Of a stretch of 64,000 bases of DNA, positions 13,277 to 25,792 are shown one piece after another (the first letter of the stretch is position 1; each line of letters starts with the position of its first letter). This stretch comes from Octopus sinensis (Eukaryota): positions 94,860,001-94,924,000 of the forward strand of contig NC_043000.1 in NCBI RefSeq assembly GCF_006345805.1. The letters are read 5' to 3'. The position numbers and the translations under genes were made by a program. The notes under the pieces were generated by a model that was given only the letters and a program-made list of their open reading frames with translations, ran no database searches and had not been told where the DNA came from.

Positions 13277-13772
13277 TGTGTATGTATTCTTGCATGTATG
13301 TGTGCATGCACGTATGCATGGCATGGGTGATATTTATTATAGTTCACAATGTCTGTAATTACATGCTTACGTACGTGTGTATGTATATATGCATGCATGT
13401 ATGTATGAGTGTGTGTGTGTGTGTACATACGTGTGCATGCATGAATATATGTACGGCAAACAGCAATTGCTCACTGATGTGGTCTATACATAGGTGACAG
13501 TATTAATAGTGCATAGTTAATGAACTATTTTCAGGCGAACTTTAAATCAGATCATTATTTTATTTCCAATTTTACTTGTATATTGTTTTAATTACATACG
13601 TCTAATAACAATAATTAGAATAAGGAAATTTATTAAAAACAATTACCTTCTTCGACATTAAAATAGACTTTAATTTTTTTTTTGAGAAATCATGCGTCTG
13701 TAAACTGAGATTGATAATCAAACGACAACCCACATAAGAAAATCTGAAGCAACATATCACTTTAGCGAGATG

Positions 13773-14000
13773 CACTGGATCATCCCATAAATAATGCGGT
13801 TTTTTCAATTGCATGAACTAAAAGTCGGAGGAGGACGAGATAGGCTACCTGCATCAACTTGCTATAAAAGCAGGTAGTAATTTTATCTTGTATTTATTCT
13901 TAGTGCAAATTTTGAAGAGTGCAGTTCGATTTTAACACTTATTTTTTCAAAGCTATAATGGAAGTGACTAAGGAGCATATTTGGCTTTATGAGTTCAAAA
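13773..14000 (+). mobile_element. mariner 5' fragment
   Basis: Co-linear with the 5' end of the 14242 copy (CATCCCATAAATAAT...GCTATAATGGAAGTGACTAAGGAG). Confidence 0.8.
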
Positions 14001-14148
14001 AAAAGCAAAGAAAAGACTGATAAAATAAGTATTAGGCTGAGAAAAAAGGCCTAGAGTCCATTTCTTCGACTAAAATACTTCAATGCGGTGCCCCATCATG
14101 GTTAGAGTCAAATAACTGAGAGAATAAAAGAATAAAAGAATGTATATT

Positions 14149-14224
<76 letters not shown>

Positions 14225-14241
14225 GATATATATATATATAT

Positions 14242-15209
14242 CCATCCCATAAATAATACGATTTTTCAATTGCATGAACTAAAAGTCGGAGAAGAACGGG
14301 ACAAACTACCTACATCAACTTTCTATAAAAACAGAAAGTAATTTTACCATGTACCTATTCTCAGTGCAAGGTTTGAAGTGTGCAGTTCGATTATAACAAT
14401 TACTATTTCAAAGCTATAATGGAAATGACAAAGGAGAATATTTGGCATATTTTGCTTTATGAGTTCAATAAAGGCAACAACGTATCTGACAGTACGAAGA
14501 ATATTAATGCAGTATATGGGGATCAGACAATAATCGTAAGCCAGTGTCAACGGTCGTTTCAGAAATTTCGAGGTGGAATCTACAGCCTAAAAGACGAGCC
14601 TTCACTTGGAAGATCTATAGAGCTCGACGAGGAACAACATCCCATCGTAGCTGATGAGGAACTAGCGGAGAAGATTGGATTTGGTCATTCAAGCATTCAT
14701 CGACACGTACATATATCGAAAAGTCACTAAATTGAGTCAATGAGTTCCTCGCAAACTTTCCGAGTCTAATCACGCGCAGAGTATGAATGTGTGCTCGTCT
14801 TTGCTGTCAAGTCTCACGAATGAATGTTATTTATTTTTTTTTTTTTGATCGAAGAGTGAATGGTGACTAAAAAATGGGTTCTCTATGAAAACGTCAAGCG
14901 CCGAAGACAGTGGGTAAGGAAAAAAGATATTCCGGAAACCCAGGCTAAAGAAGGTCTTCACCTACTTTAGATGTTTGCTGTTTGGTGAGACATGCAAGGT
15001 TTAATCCACTTTGAACTTTTAAAACCAAACCAAACGATAACAAAGGGAATGGGAAACCATGCACCACCAACCATATTCGCCGGACATTGCGCTATCTGAT
15101 TATTATTCCCCAGCCTTCAAAATCATTTAGACGGAAGAACTATAAATTCTGTAGACGAGATCAGTACAGTACTGGAGGAGTATTTTTTGTTACGGACAAT
15201 GAATTTGGG
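14242..15209 (+). mobile_element. mariner transposon, decayed, 3' end truncated by a Penelope insertion
   Basis: MEMTKENIWHILLYEFNKG...FQKFRGGIYSLKDEPSLGRS (HTH region); downstream HAPPTIFAGHCAI.LL resembles HPPYSPDLAPSDY. Confidence 0.85.
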
Positions 15210-16390
15210 AAGAGGTGCTGGTGAAGGAGTCGATGATGCGATAGGGTCGATGATGGGTGCCGGTGAGGAGGGTGGTGTTGGAGAGGTAAGGGCAAGTGCG
15301 GCAGCGTGGGAACGAACCAGGTTGGGAGGTAGGGTTGGGGAAGAAGCTGTGGACCAAGAGGTCTCGTAGGTTGTGGGCTCGTTTGAAGGAGGGGAGGGGT
15401 CGGTTAAGGAAGATGTGTGAAGTGGACGGGTCGGACTGGAGATGCCGGAAAGGTCGGAGAATGGTACGTTGGAGAGGTAGGGTGGTCGGGTGGTAGGTGA
15501 GGAGAAAAGGGAGGCGAGAGACTGCGGGGCGGGTTCAGGGGGAGCGAGAAGATGCACGGTCCACGGAACGTGCTCTGGCAAGGGCGGTGTGGATAGTGGT
15601 GAGGGGATATCCACGTAGAATGAAGTGGCGAGCCATGAGTTGAGACTGAGTCTCAAAGTCATGGTCGTTACTACAGAGCCTGCGTAGACGGAGGAATTGG
15701 GAATAGGGGATGGAAAGCTTGGTGTGTTTGGGGTGGGAGGAGGAGAAGTTTAGGTATGAGTGTGAGTCTGTATGTTTATAGTGGATGGAGGTGGTAAGAG
15801 TGGAGTGATGAATGCTGACCGAAATGTCAAGAAAGGAGACAAAGGTGTCAGAGATAGTGCAGGAGAAGTGGAGGGCAGGATGGAAAGATTTGACGAATGA
15901 GAGGAAGGAGTCTAGATGTTGGCGGGAGAGTGAGGTGGCACCGATACAGTCGTCAATATAACGGCCATATAGTTCGGGAGTGGGACCAGTGAAACTAGAG
16001 AATATTTGGGCCTCAATATAGCCAACGAACAGGTTCGCATAGTTGGGGCCCATTCTCGTTCCCATTGCTACTGCTGGTAGAACTCGCTCACGAACGAGAA
16101 ACAGTTGAGAGGACAATTTCGGCTAGACGAACGAGTGTGGAGGTGTTGTGTTGGGGATTGAGTCGGAGGTCCAGGAAGTGTTTCAGTGCACGCAGCCCCT
16201 TGTGGTGAGGGAGCACAGTGTAGAGGCTCTGGATGTCCATTGTAAAGCGAAGTTTGGAGGAGCCAGGAGGGAAGGGGAAAGATTTGAATCGACCAGGCTA
16301 TCAGATGTTGCTACACATCGTTGGTCACAATGCCCTCCGCATTGTTTTAGCCTTCAGATGACGCCACCCCGCTGGCTAAGCGAGCAGGCC
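15210..16390 (-). mobile_element. Penelope-like element (RT), GC-rich
   Basis: ORF 15535-16116: AMGTRMGPNYANLFVG, RYIDD, FLDISV, YLNFSSSHP, FLRLRRLCS. Confidence 0.9.
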
Positions 16391-16411
16391 ATATATATAT
16401 ATATATATATA

Positions 16412-16600
16412 TATTAGACGGAATTCAATAACATGTTCAAGTCTGTGAGGAGTTTTCAAGACATTTATAATGAAATAATCTTACAGCTGTTTCTGGGATA
16501 TCATAGACGTCATCAGAGGCAGTGTGAGAAAATATTTGAGTTCGAATTATTGTAGAAAAGATAGGGAATATAGTGGGAAATAAGAGAATGAAAGTAGAAT
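16412..16600 (-). mobile_element. Penelope-type terminal repeat fragment with degenerate hammerhead-like motif
   Basis: Minus strand CTGATGA...GAAACAGCTGTA at about 16479-16520. Confidence 0.45.
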
Positions 16601-16602
16601 TA

Positions 16603-16644
<42 letters not shown>

Positions 16645-16814
16645 TGATGTGTGCATTTTTCCCTTGTTTACAATTAACAAGGAAAAAATAAATAAATAGT
16701 TACCAAGGCAGCAAAAGATGACACAAACAATAAGAGCATAACACCCTGTTTGTTAATGTAGAAACTCCGGGTTGATGTGAAATATTTTGTATAATATATA
16801 TAAATAAATATATT

Positions 16815-16901
16815 CTATCGGTCTCTCCGAACCGCTAAGTTACGGGGACGTAAACACACCAGCATTGGTTGTCAAGTGACGTTGGGGGACAAACACAGAC
16901 C

Positions 16902-16983
<82 letters not shown>

Positions 16984-17379
16984 AGTGTTGTGTGGTAAGA
17001 AGCTTGCTTACCAACGACATGGTTCCGGGTTCGGTACCTCTGTGTGGAAGCTTGGACAAGTGTCTTCTATTATAGCCTCGGGCCGACCAAAGCCTTGTGA
17101 GTGGATTTGGTAGACGGAAACTGAAAGAAGCCCGTCGTATATATGTATATGTGTGTGTGTGTGTGTGTTTGTGTGTCTGTGCTTGTTCCACCAACATTGC
17201 TTGACAACCGATGGTGCTGTGATCTGTAAAAAAAACCGATAGAATAAGTACTAGGCGTACAAAGAATAAGTCCTGGGGACGATTTCCTCGACTAAAGGCG
17301 GTTGTCCCTCATGGCCGTAGTGAAATGTCTGAAACTAGTAAAAGAATATACACACACATACACGCACGCACACACACAC

Positions 17380-17430
<51 letters not shown>

Positions 17431-17630
17431 GTGTGTGTGTTTGTGTGTGTCTGTGTGTGTGTGTATGTATATATATGTGTACAACGGCCTTCGTCCAGTT
17501 TCCGTCTACCAAATCCACTCACAAGGCCTCGATGGGCCCGAGGCTATAGTAGAAGACACTTGCCCAAGGTACTACGCAGTGGGACTGAACGCGGAACCAT
17601 GTGGATGAGAAGCTAGCCTCCTACCACACA
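16815..17630. mobile_element. Nested SINE family A: plus copy (16980-17345) inside a minus copy (16815-16910 and 17475-17630)
   Basis: Same family as 36910-37272 and 40742-41135; tRNA-like head, CORE-like CTTGGGCAAGTGTCTTCTACTATAG, internal (TA/GT)n. Confidence 0.8.
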
Positions 17631-17774
17631 GCCGCACCCGCCCCTTCTTTCCGCACAGCCACACACACATAAGCACGCACACACAGACATACATATGTAT
17701 ATACAAGAAATATACATATTACTAAAAATAAAATTACTATCCAGCAACAATAAAGCACCATAAAAGGTAGAATT

Positions 17775-17900
17775 ATAAATACACAAAGTGGATGTACATG
17801 AAGTACGATCATTGCTAGAAAGAGCAGCCGGTAAGCTATCGGCACTACGTAGAGCTTCTAGCAATGTTTGTACTTCATGTACATCCCTTTGTATATTTAT
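17775..17900. repeat. Hairpin, about 46-bp arms and 35-nt loop
   Basis: GGATGTACATGAAGTAC..ATTGCTAGAA pairs with TTCTAGCAAT..GTACTTCATGTACATCC. Confidence 0.9.
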
Positions 17901-18169
17901 ATATTTGAATAACATACTTAGTGTCTCCAAGCAATTCAGGCTCTAATCACGTGGCCTGTACAAGGTACAGATCAGGACAATAGAGCAATCACGACAATAG
18001 AGAATTCACGAGAAATGGTGAAAGAAACGGAAAAAGAAAAAACTAGAAGCGCATTAGATTTATATCCCCTTTGAGAATAAAGTTATAAAGCAGGTTGATG
18101 TAGAATCAACGCAAGGGATCTAACTTTTGTGATACAGCTGTTTGATTTGAGGGGTGCTGTTCCCTCCAC

Positions 18170-18935
18170 CACAAGGAACTTTTCCATGTGTTTGCATTAG
18201 CTGAAAATTACTGATCTGAAACTCAGTGGTATAGTGAAGTTCTTAGATCTCGAAAGAATATGTCATCTCTCCAGCTATGCAGTTTGCATTTTTTGGAACC
18301 ATCAACACATAGCATGTATGTTTTACGATTTTCATTTGATTGCATTTGGCGTGGAATTGGTTTTGAAGCTCCATACATGACTAACCATGTGCCAGAAATA
18401 AGATAGGTTATCAGCATATTGATTTTTGAAGTCACCTTCGCTTAACCCGATCAACTTAACATGTAGAGTTGCTGTTATTTCTGCACCATATAAGAAGGGG
18501 TTTATTGTACACGCCTGGTCAAGTGGATAAGCTCCAGATTTTCGACAGTTGTTGTGTTTACGAGTAATGATGCTCTTCATAACGGGGCAGTAGCTATATG
18601 ATAATTTAATGAGCGACTGCTATTTCTGTACTTGGAATTTTCTGGGAGATACTTAACTAAAATATTTCTTCATAAGAAAGATTGGAATCCTGTTACTAAT
18701 GTTAGCTGTCAGGGTTTTAAACAATATAGTTATGGGTGGCATGGCTCTTTACGTTTGTAGGCAAGTTTCTCGTTAGGCTTTTGGCACGGTTTATAAGAGT
18801 GAGACTTTAGACGAAGTGAAATATCTAATAATCCACTTTTGACAGAATAGCAATCCCCAAAGCCCTTATTAATTTTCCTTTCAGCCGTATTCATAACATT
18901 TCCAATCCCAGTCCACCTTTTGGCTGTCATGAATC
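18170..18935 (-). mobile_element. Penelope-like element (RT thumb and GIY-YIG), heavily decayed
   Basis: LLDISLRLKSHSYKPCQKPNE...CHP; NNCRKSGAYPLDQAC...LIGLSEGDFKNQY; GSKKCKL. Confidence 0.7.
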
Positions 18936-19014
18936 AAGTATTCCAGAAATTATATATACACACTCACACACACAAGCACAAGCACGTATTGTGTGAGTAT
19001 AAATATATATATAT

Positions 19015-19060
<46 letters not shown>

Positions 19061-19099
19061 TGAGAAAATTGGTGCGTGAAAGCACGTGGTTGGATATAT

Positions 19100-20983
19100 A
19101 GAAAATAGTAAAAAGTGAAAAAAAACTACAGAAGGCTTGTTTCATAAGGTTAAAGAATATATTTGAGTCATTATGTTGGAAGAATGTTATAACTTTTTTT
19201 TCATACAGTAACATTGTTTTTGAAGAAATTACCGGTTTCGTGTTAACTTTTCAAATTTCTCGAGTGTCTTTACCTACATCGTGTTATGTCTTTGTTATGA
19301 AGTGCAAAGTAGAGTTCCAGGTAGGGGGAGGTAATAAGCAATTTCTTCCGGTATAAGGGAGATAATCGCTTTATATTTCTTTTCCCTTTATTTAATGGGG
19401 TGAGTTTCTCTGTATAAGAATGTTAGAATGGTTAAGTTTGGGTTTATATTTTCAATGAAGAATGTTTCCTTGTTTAATCTAATTTGTGTTGGTGTTCCAA
19501 TAGCACATTGATAGAATGGAAAGATTAAAAATTGTGGTAGTAGTTGCTTTGCACATTTCTCAATATGCTCACTAAAGGGTATCATTCTGTATTCTGGGAA
19601 TGCAATCTGTTGTCGATGCAGAGTGCATCTACGTCTGAGTGATAGTCCTGTGGACCCCACGTAGTTTTGGTGGCAGCCCGAGCATCTTATGACATAAATT
19701 ATGTTTTCAGAAGCCCAAGTAAAATTAGATTTGATCTTGAATTTTTGTCCCTCTTTGAAAAGGAATTCTGATCCTTCTAGAAGCTTTGGGCATGTTGCGC
19801 AGTTTGGTTTACCACATTTTTTTTAACTTTTGCATCCGTAGTTTCAGAAAACAATTTTGCCTTTGTGAGTATCTTTTTAAGTGATTTAGGTTGTTTGTAG
19901 CTTTTAATGATTTTATGTATGTTTAGAATTTCCTTTAATTTGGGGTCCTTATGAAGTATTGGTAAATTCTGGGTGATGATGGTGAAGGCTTCTTTGTTTC
20001 TGGGGTTGTATGTGGATATGTAAGGCAGTATTTTCGGGGTAGGTGTGTTGTTGTGTTGAACTTTTCTCAAAGTTTCTATGTCGATTTCTGTTGCACGTCT
20101 GATCCCATCCTCTATGAGTTGAGCTGGGTAGTGTCTGTCAATTAGGGTGTTTTTGAGTTCTTGTAGTCTAAGATTCCTGGTATTTTGTTCTGACACTATT
20201 GTGCATATCCTTCTTGCAAGGTTGAAAGGGATGTTTGTTTTAGTGTGTCTTGGGTGGCATGAATCAAAAAGTAGGTATTGTTTAGCGTCTGTGGCTTTGT
20301 AAAAAAATGTCTGTTTCTATTTTAAGGTTAATTTTTTTAATTTGTATATCTAAGAATCGAAGCTCCTTTTGGTTGTATTACATAATAACCACTTCATGTT
20401 TGACAATACATTTTACCGTCAAAAATCCGGAATTGCTATGGGTACAAGGGCAGCACCAGTCATTGCGAACCTAACAATGGACTACCTGGAAATAATTATA
20501 TACCAGGAATCTTTATCGACCTTTGGAAACCCCCTCTCTCAATACATAAAAGAGAATTAGAAAAGATTCCTGGACGATTGTTTTATACTCTGGAATTAAA
20601 ACACAGATAAACTCCTAAAATTCAAAAACCTATTGAACAGCATCAACCCAGATATACAGTTCACAATGGAATACAACCAAAAGGAGCTTCCATTCTTAGA
20701 TATACTAATTAAAAAAATTAACCTTAAAATAGAAACAGACATTTTTTACAAAGCCACAGACGCTAAACAATACCTACTTTTTGATTCATAACGAAGACAT
20801 AAAACGATGTAGGTAAAGACACTCGAGAAATTTGAAATGTTAACACGAAACCGGTAATTTCTTCAAAAACAATGTTACTGTATGAACAAATTTTATAACA
20901 TTCTTCCAACATAATGACTCAAATATATTATTTAACCTTATAAAACAAGCCTTCTGTAGTTTTTTCACTTTTTACTATTTTCT
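19100..20983. mobile_element. Two back-to-back copies of one Penelope-like element (minus 19100-20379, plus about 20371-20983)
   Basis: Minus copy: YLLFDSCHP, ICTIVSE, IIYVIRCSGCHQNYVGST (GIY-YIG). Plus copy: GIAMGTRAAP, RFLDD. About 200-bp 3' ends are inverted (19100-19301 and 20785-20983). Confidence 0.9.
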
Positions 20984-20996
20984 CTCTCTCTCTCGC

Positions 20997-21054
<58 letters not shown>

Positions 21055-21250
21055 AGATGATAAAATAAAAATATATGCATACACACAAACATATATGTAC
21101 GTACCTACATCTACATGTATATATACATGCATATATAAATAATTATACGTGAGTACAGGACATCACAATAAGACGTAGAAACGGAAAAAACCGCATCAGG
21201 TTCGTTCCGATTCGTCGTTTCGGTCCACTTCTTGGTTCCTTTTTTTATAT

Positions 21251-21296
<46 letters not shown>

Positions 21297-21329
21297 CGTA
21301 TATCCCAATTATCTGTGTTTCCTCAGGTG

Positions 21330-21590
21330 CTTGGAATAATATATATATATATATATATATACATACATGGCGTCTGTCCGAGTCAGACGCCATGATAGAT
21401 CGTTACCCACTACACACATTTCTTTTCTCTCCTTGTTTTTTCTGTGTCCCTTTCTGTAGAAGAGCGTAGGCTCGAAACGCAAAAGACTTTTTCTATTCCT
21501 GAGCGTTATACTAATACATCTGATTGTTTTGTACACCACCTGTTTTCGTCTTTTGTTTTTTTTTCCGTAAACTCTCCCTACATACATATA
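21330..21590 (+). mobile_element. Dispersed repeat resembling a Penelope terminal repeat; second copy on minus strand at about 29830-30030
   Basis: The two copies align; contains CTGTAGA-A-GAGC-GTAG-GCTC-GAAAC. Confidence 0.65.
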
Positions 21591-23421
21591 TTTATATATA
21601 TATATATATGTATACATATACATAGACAAGCGTCTCTGTGTGTGAGTGTGTGTGTGAGTGTCGGGAGGAATTTGGCCAAGCGATTAGCGTGTTTCACTCA
21701 CGATCGTAAGACAATGGTTTCGATTTATAGACTCTCGATCGAAATACTTCATTTTATATTGCTCCAGTTCAATGAATAAGCATTTAATCTGATTGAATAA
21801 CTAATTTGAAATACAACGATGAATAAATGGCAATCAACACCCATGCTGTGGCTGTATGATAAGAAGCTTGTTTCTCAACCATATGCTTCCCAGTTCAGTG
21901 CCACTGCGTGACCCTTTGGGCATATGTCTTCTACTCTAGCCTCAGGCTAACCAAAGATTTGTTCCCCTACCATCGCTTGACAAACGACATTGATATGTTT
22001 ACGTTCTCGTAAAGAGACCGAAACAATAAGATAACTAAATTTAATAACCAAAATAATAATTATTATTATTCAGTAGTAGCATTAGTATTGTATAGTTTAT
22101 AATTTGTATTCTTATTACAACAATATTATCTTGTTACTACTGGAAGAATTAATAAAATTTGGATACATACTATTTATAGTCATTTATATGAAAAATAATA
22201 TCGTTTAAGTTTATCGAGGACCGGTACTCAATCCATAATATAGGGACATTTACTTGTTAGTTACTGTGAATAATCCTTATCTAAGTTACTTCAAATCTCA
22301 TTACTTCTAAGAAACTAGTAATATTTTGATATCCATTATTATAGCCTAACTCTATATCTACGGGGTAATATAGGTTGTAGTTATTGTAGTTCTAAGTTTA
22401 TATTCATATTTATTACGGAATTCTCCCTCCGATAAACTAAATAAATAAAAAAAAACATTTTTTGTTTGTTACTTTAAACAATTTGTTTATTATCAATAAC
22501 TTTCAATAAAGAGAAGAAGCGTTATATATTACCAATATAATACTATATCATCATTTATATATATTTACACGTTTATTACAGTCTCTACATTAAGTAAGAC
22601 CCTAATACTTAATTTATGTACCTATATTATTGTATGTTATTATAACAGCCAAAGATTGTCTTCTACCTAAAGGAATTTGGATTAATATAATTTGAGATAT
22701 ATAGAAATATATTTCGATGGTTGTAGATTCTGTTTAGCTAATTATTTTGTCCTTTATAATTCTGTTGTTGTATTTTTTAATTGTAATTGTTACGTACTTG
22801 AAAAGTTAACGCTCACGCTCATAATACATAAGAATTTGAATTAAAGTTTTTACAGTCCAGCTGTCCTTTCACATAGAATTTCGTCTGTCGTTAAACCATA
22901 GCTCTGATGAGACTCATATAAGCGGACTCAATTGTTTATAAATCAAATAATGTATATAAGTCAATTTTGGTTTTTAATGATTTTTATGTTATCTTATATC
23001 ACATTGATAGTATATTATGTTATATTATAATATAAATAAATTGGATTATTAATTGAATCTCTCTAATTAATTGTTTGTAATTTGCATTATACCCATATTT
23101 ATGTAGTATTCAACTGACGTACCAGTGAATTGGATGTTTTATACACTCCTTTGAAGGAATTCCTTTCCTTAGTGTATTACTTTATATATATCTATGTGTG
23201 TGTGTGTGTGTGTGTTCCTCCGACATCACTAGACAACTGATGCCGGTGTGTTTACGTCCCCGTAACATAGCGGTTCGGCAAAAGAGCCCGATAGAATAAG
23301 GCTTACAAAGCAAAGAACAAGTACTGGGGTCGATTTGCTCCACTAAATGCGGTGCTCCTGTATGGTCGCAGTGAAATGACTGAAACAAATCAAAGAAAAA
23401 CTAAAAGAATATATATATATA

Positions 23422-24594
23422 CAGGGTGAGGAAGCAAAATTTACAATGAACGTTAAGTTGCTTTTTCTCACCAGGCACTAAGTCAATTTTTTTGAAACCT
23501 AGCATATATTGATGTTATACTCATTTCTAACACTATTATTCTTACCTTTTCAGAAACTTTTGCCCATATTAGTAATCAGGAAAGCAAACGTCAAAGAGTG
23601 TGTGATTTTCTAAATGCACTCATCACACCAAAAGAGATTTCAAAAATAGTTGGAGTGTCCATAAAGACTGTTTATAATGTAAAGAATAGAATGACTATGA
23701 CCAAAACTATTACGAGGAAGTCTGGAAGTTGAGGAATCAACAAAATCGTACCAAAGCTTTTATTAAAGCACTCAAATCCAAAATCCTAAAGGATCCAACC
23801 AAATCCATGAGGAAAATGGCAATTGAACTTGAGATAGACAACAAGACCATTAGAAATGCTGTAAAATATGATTTGAGGTTAAAATCTTACACAAGAACAC
23901 CAAAACACTTGTTGACAACAGCTATGAAGGAAAAGAGATTGGAGAGATGCAAGAAAATTATCACATGGTTCAAGAAAAAGTTCTCCATTGTAACGATCTT
24001 TTCAGATGAAAAGATCTTCACTGTCGATGCTGTTCTGAACAACAGAAATGACAGATTTATCGCAAAATCAACAGCTGAGATTAAAGGAATATTCAAAATA
24101 AAAGACCCTCTCAAGTTATGGCTTTTGGTGTTGTGGCTTCCGATGGAAAGAAAATGCCTATAAAATTCTACAAAGCTGATGAAAAGATCAATGTTAATAC
24201 TTATTACAAGACTCTGAGATACGAGGTATTGCCATGGCTTAAAGCAAACTACCCAGATGGTAATTATGTATGGACACATGATGGTGCTCCAGCCCACACA
24301 GCTAGAAAAATACAAGAATTCTGCAAATCCAACTTTAGCAATTTTTTGTAATCATGTTTATGGCCGCCTTCTATCCCAGATCTAAACTCTCTGGATTATG
24401 CTATTTGGGGTGTTTTAGAACATGCTACCAATAGAACATCACACAGCAATGTCGACTCTCTTAAAGATACTATTAAAGAAGAACGGGAGAAGTTGTCTGT
24501 CGAATATTTGAGGAACGCCTCAATAAACAAACTGGTCATACACTGTCTTTCAATCCCTGCCTCAAATTATTGTAAATTTTGCTTCCCCACCCTG
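23422..24594 (+). mobile_element. DD37D (maT-type) Tc1/mariner transposon, both TIRs present, inactivated
   Basis: 26-bp TIRs CAGGGTGAGGAAGCAAAATTTACAAT / ATTGTAAATTTTGCTTCCCCACCCTG; TA TSD; IFSDEK, HDGAPAH and PDLNSLDY with 37 residues between the 2nd and 3rd Asp; frameshifts and a stop. Confidence 0.92.
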
Positions 24595-24746
24595 TATATA
24601 TGTAGGTGAAAAAAAGTTGAATTAGATTCGTCCTTTAATTTGGAAGTTTCCAACAAAGATTTCTAATATTGATTCTTCATATTTTGCTGCTAGTTCACAG
24701 TCGTAAATTTGCGAATATGAAAATAATACTTCTATATGATGTGGCA

Positions 24747-24955
24747 TGAATTTATGGAAAGAGATCCCATAAAACTCAACAATTTTGTTAAAAATTGAGA
24801 AGAGAAGATGTTAATATATATAAATGAATTTTAATTCATGCAGTAAATAAATATAATTCTGCATGAATTAAAATTCTCTTATCTATTTTAGCATCTTTTC
24901 TTCTCCATTTTTAACAAAATTGTTGAATTTGATGGAATTCCTTTCCATAAATTCA
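24747..24955. repeat. Fold-back element, about 97-bp arms and 15-nt loop
   Basis: Perfect 18-bp inner stem GAATTTTAATTCATGCAG/CTGCATGAATTAAAATTC, extending outward with scattered mismatches. Confidence 0.9.
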
Positions 24956-24988
24956 CAACACATTATATATAAGTATATATATATATAT

Positions 24989-25022
<34 letters not shown>

Positions 25023-25792
25023 ATATGTGTGTGTGTGTATGTGTATTATTCTTAAATAAAAATAGTATTGAAGTGACTTCGCAGTTTCCGACAGTTAATG
25101 ATGATGGCTTAGCTGACCGCTACATCGAAGTCACTGTAAATAATATTTTTGTAAAAGAATACTAAATTTGCACTCTACAAAAAGAATTGTGTGATCCTTC
25201 AGTTTAATGCAAAACCGTTTTTTTATTCTAAGATAAATACAAATATTAATATATATGAAAGCATGTATGCGGGTATGTATGTGTATGTGCGTGTGTGTGG
25301 GTGCCAGGATAGTTCCTGGCTTTAAAGGTATCGCAAAAGGCCTGGTTGGAGACCCAAAGTTCTGTGTTATTTTACTGGGCTTAGAAAAACTGAAGTACCA
25401 CGGGTATATTTTGAATAAAACCATAGTTAACCGATCCTCCTATATTTTGTCTTACCCACAGCCAGTTACTTCTCAGTACACCTTCGTATATATCACTTTA
25501 TCACAGTATGTAAGTTACACGTAATCGAACGTATTTTTGGAACATTCTGTGTTTACTTTGAAACATTACATTGGCTTTGACACAGAGCCTAAAATCTCAT
25601 GAACAAAATCTTAGAGAAATATACAGTGAATAATTCTCAGAAATAAGATGTTGAAAATCAGAAACTTATTAGAGATATACACAGCACTAAAAAGTTCGTG
25701 TCTTCACCATTACGATCTTCTTTCTATATTTCTGTTGAAATATCACTGCTCTTGTAAAACTAACATATTGATTAACCAATTGATATTTTAAG

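Noticed and set aside
15123-15662. 179-aa Pro/Ser-rich ORF
   Set aside because: Alternative frame of the C-rich Penelope element running into mariner sequence
22000-23200. Very AT-rich tract with CTGATGAG near 22907
   Set aside because: No GAAA or stem II in register; at most a very old Penelope remnant
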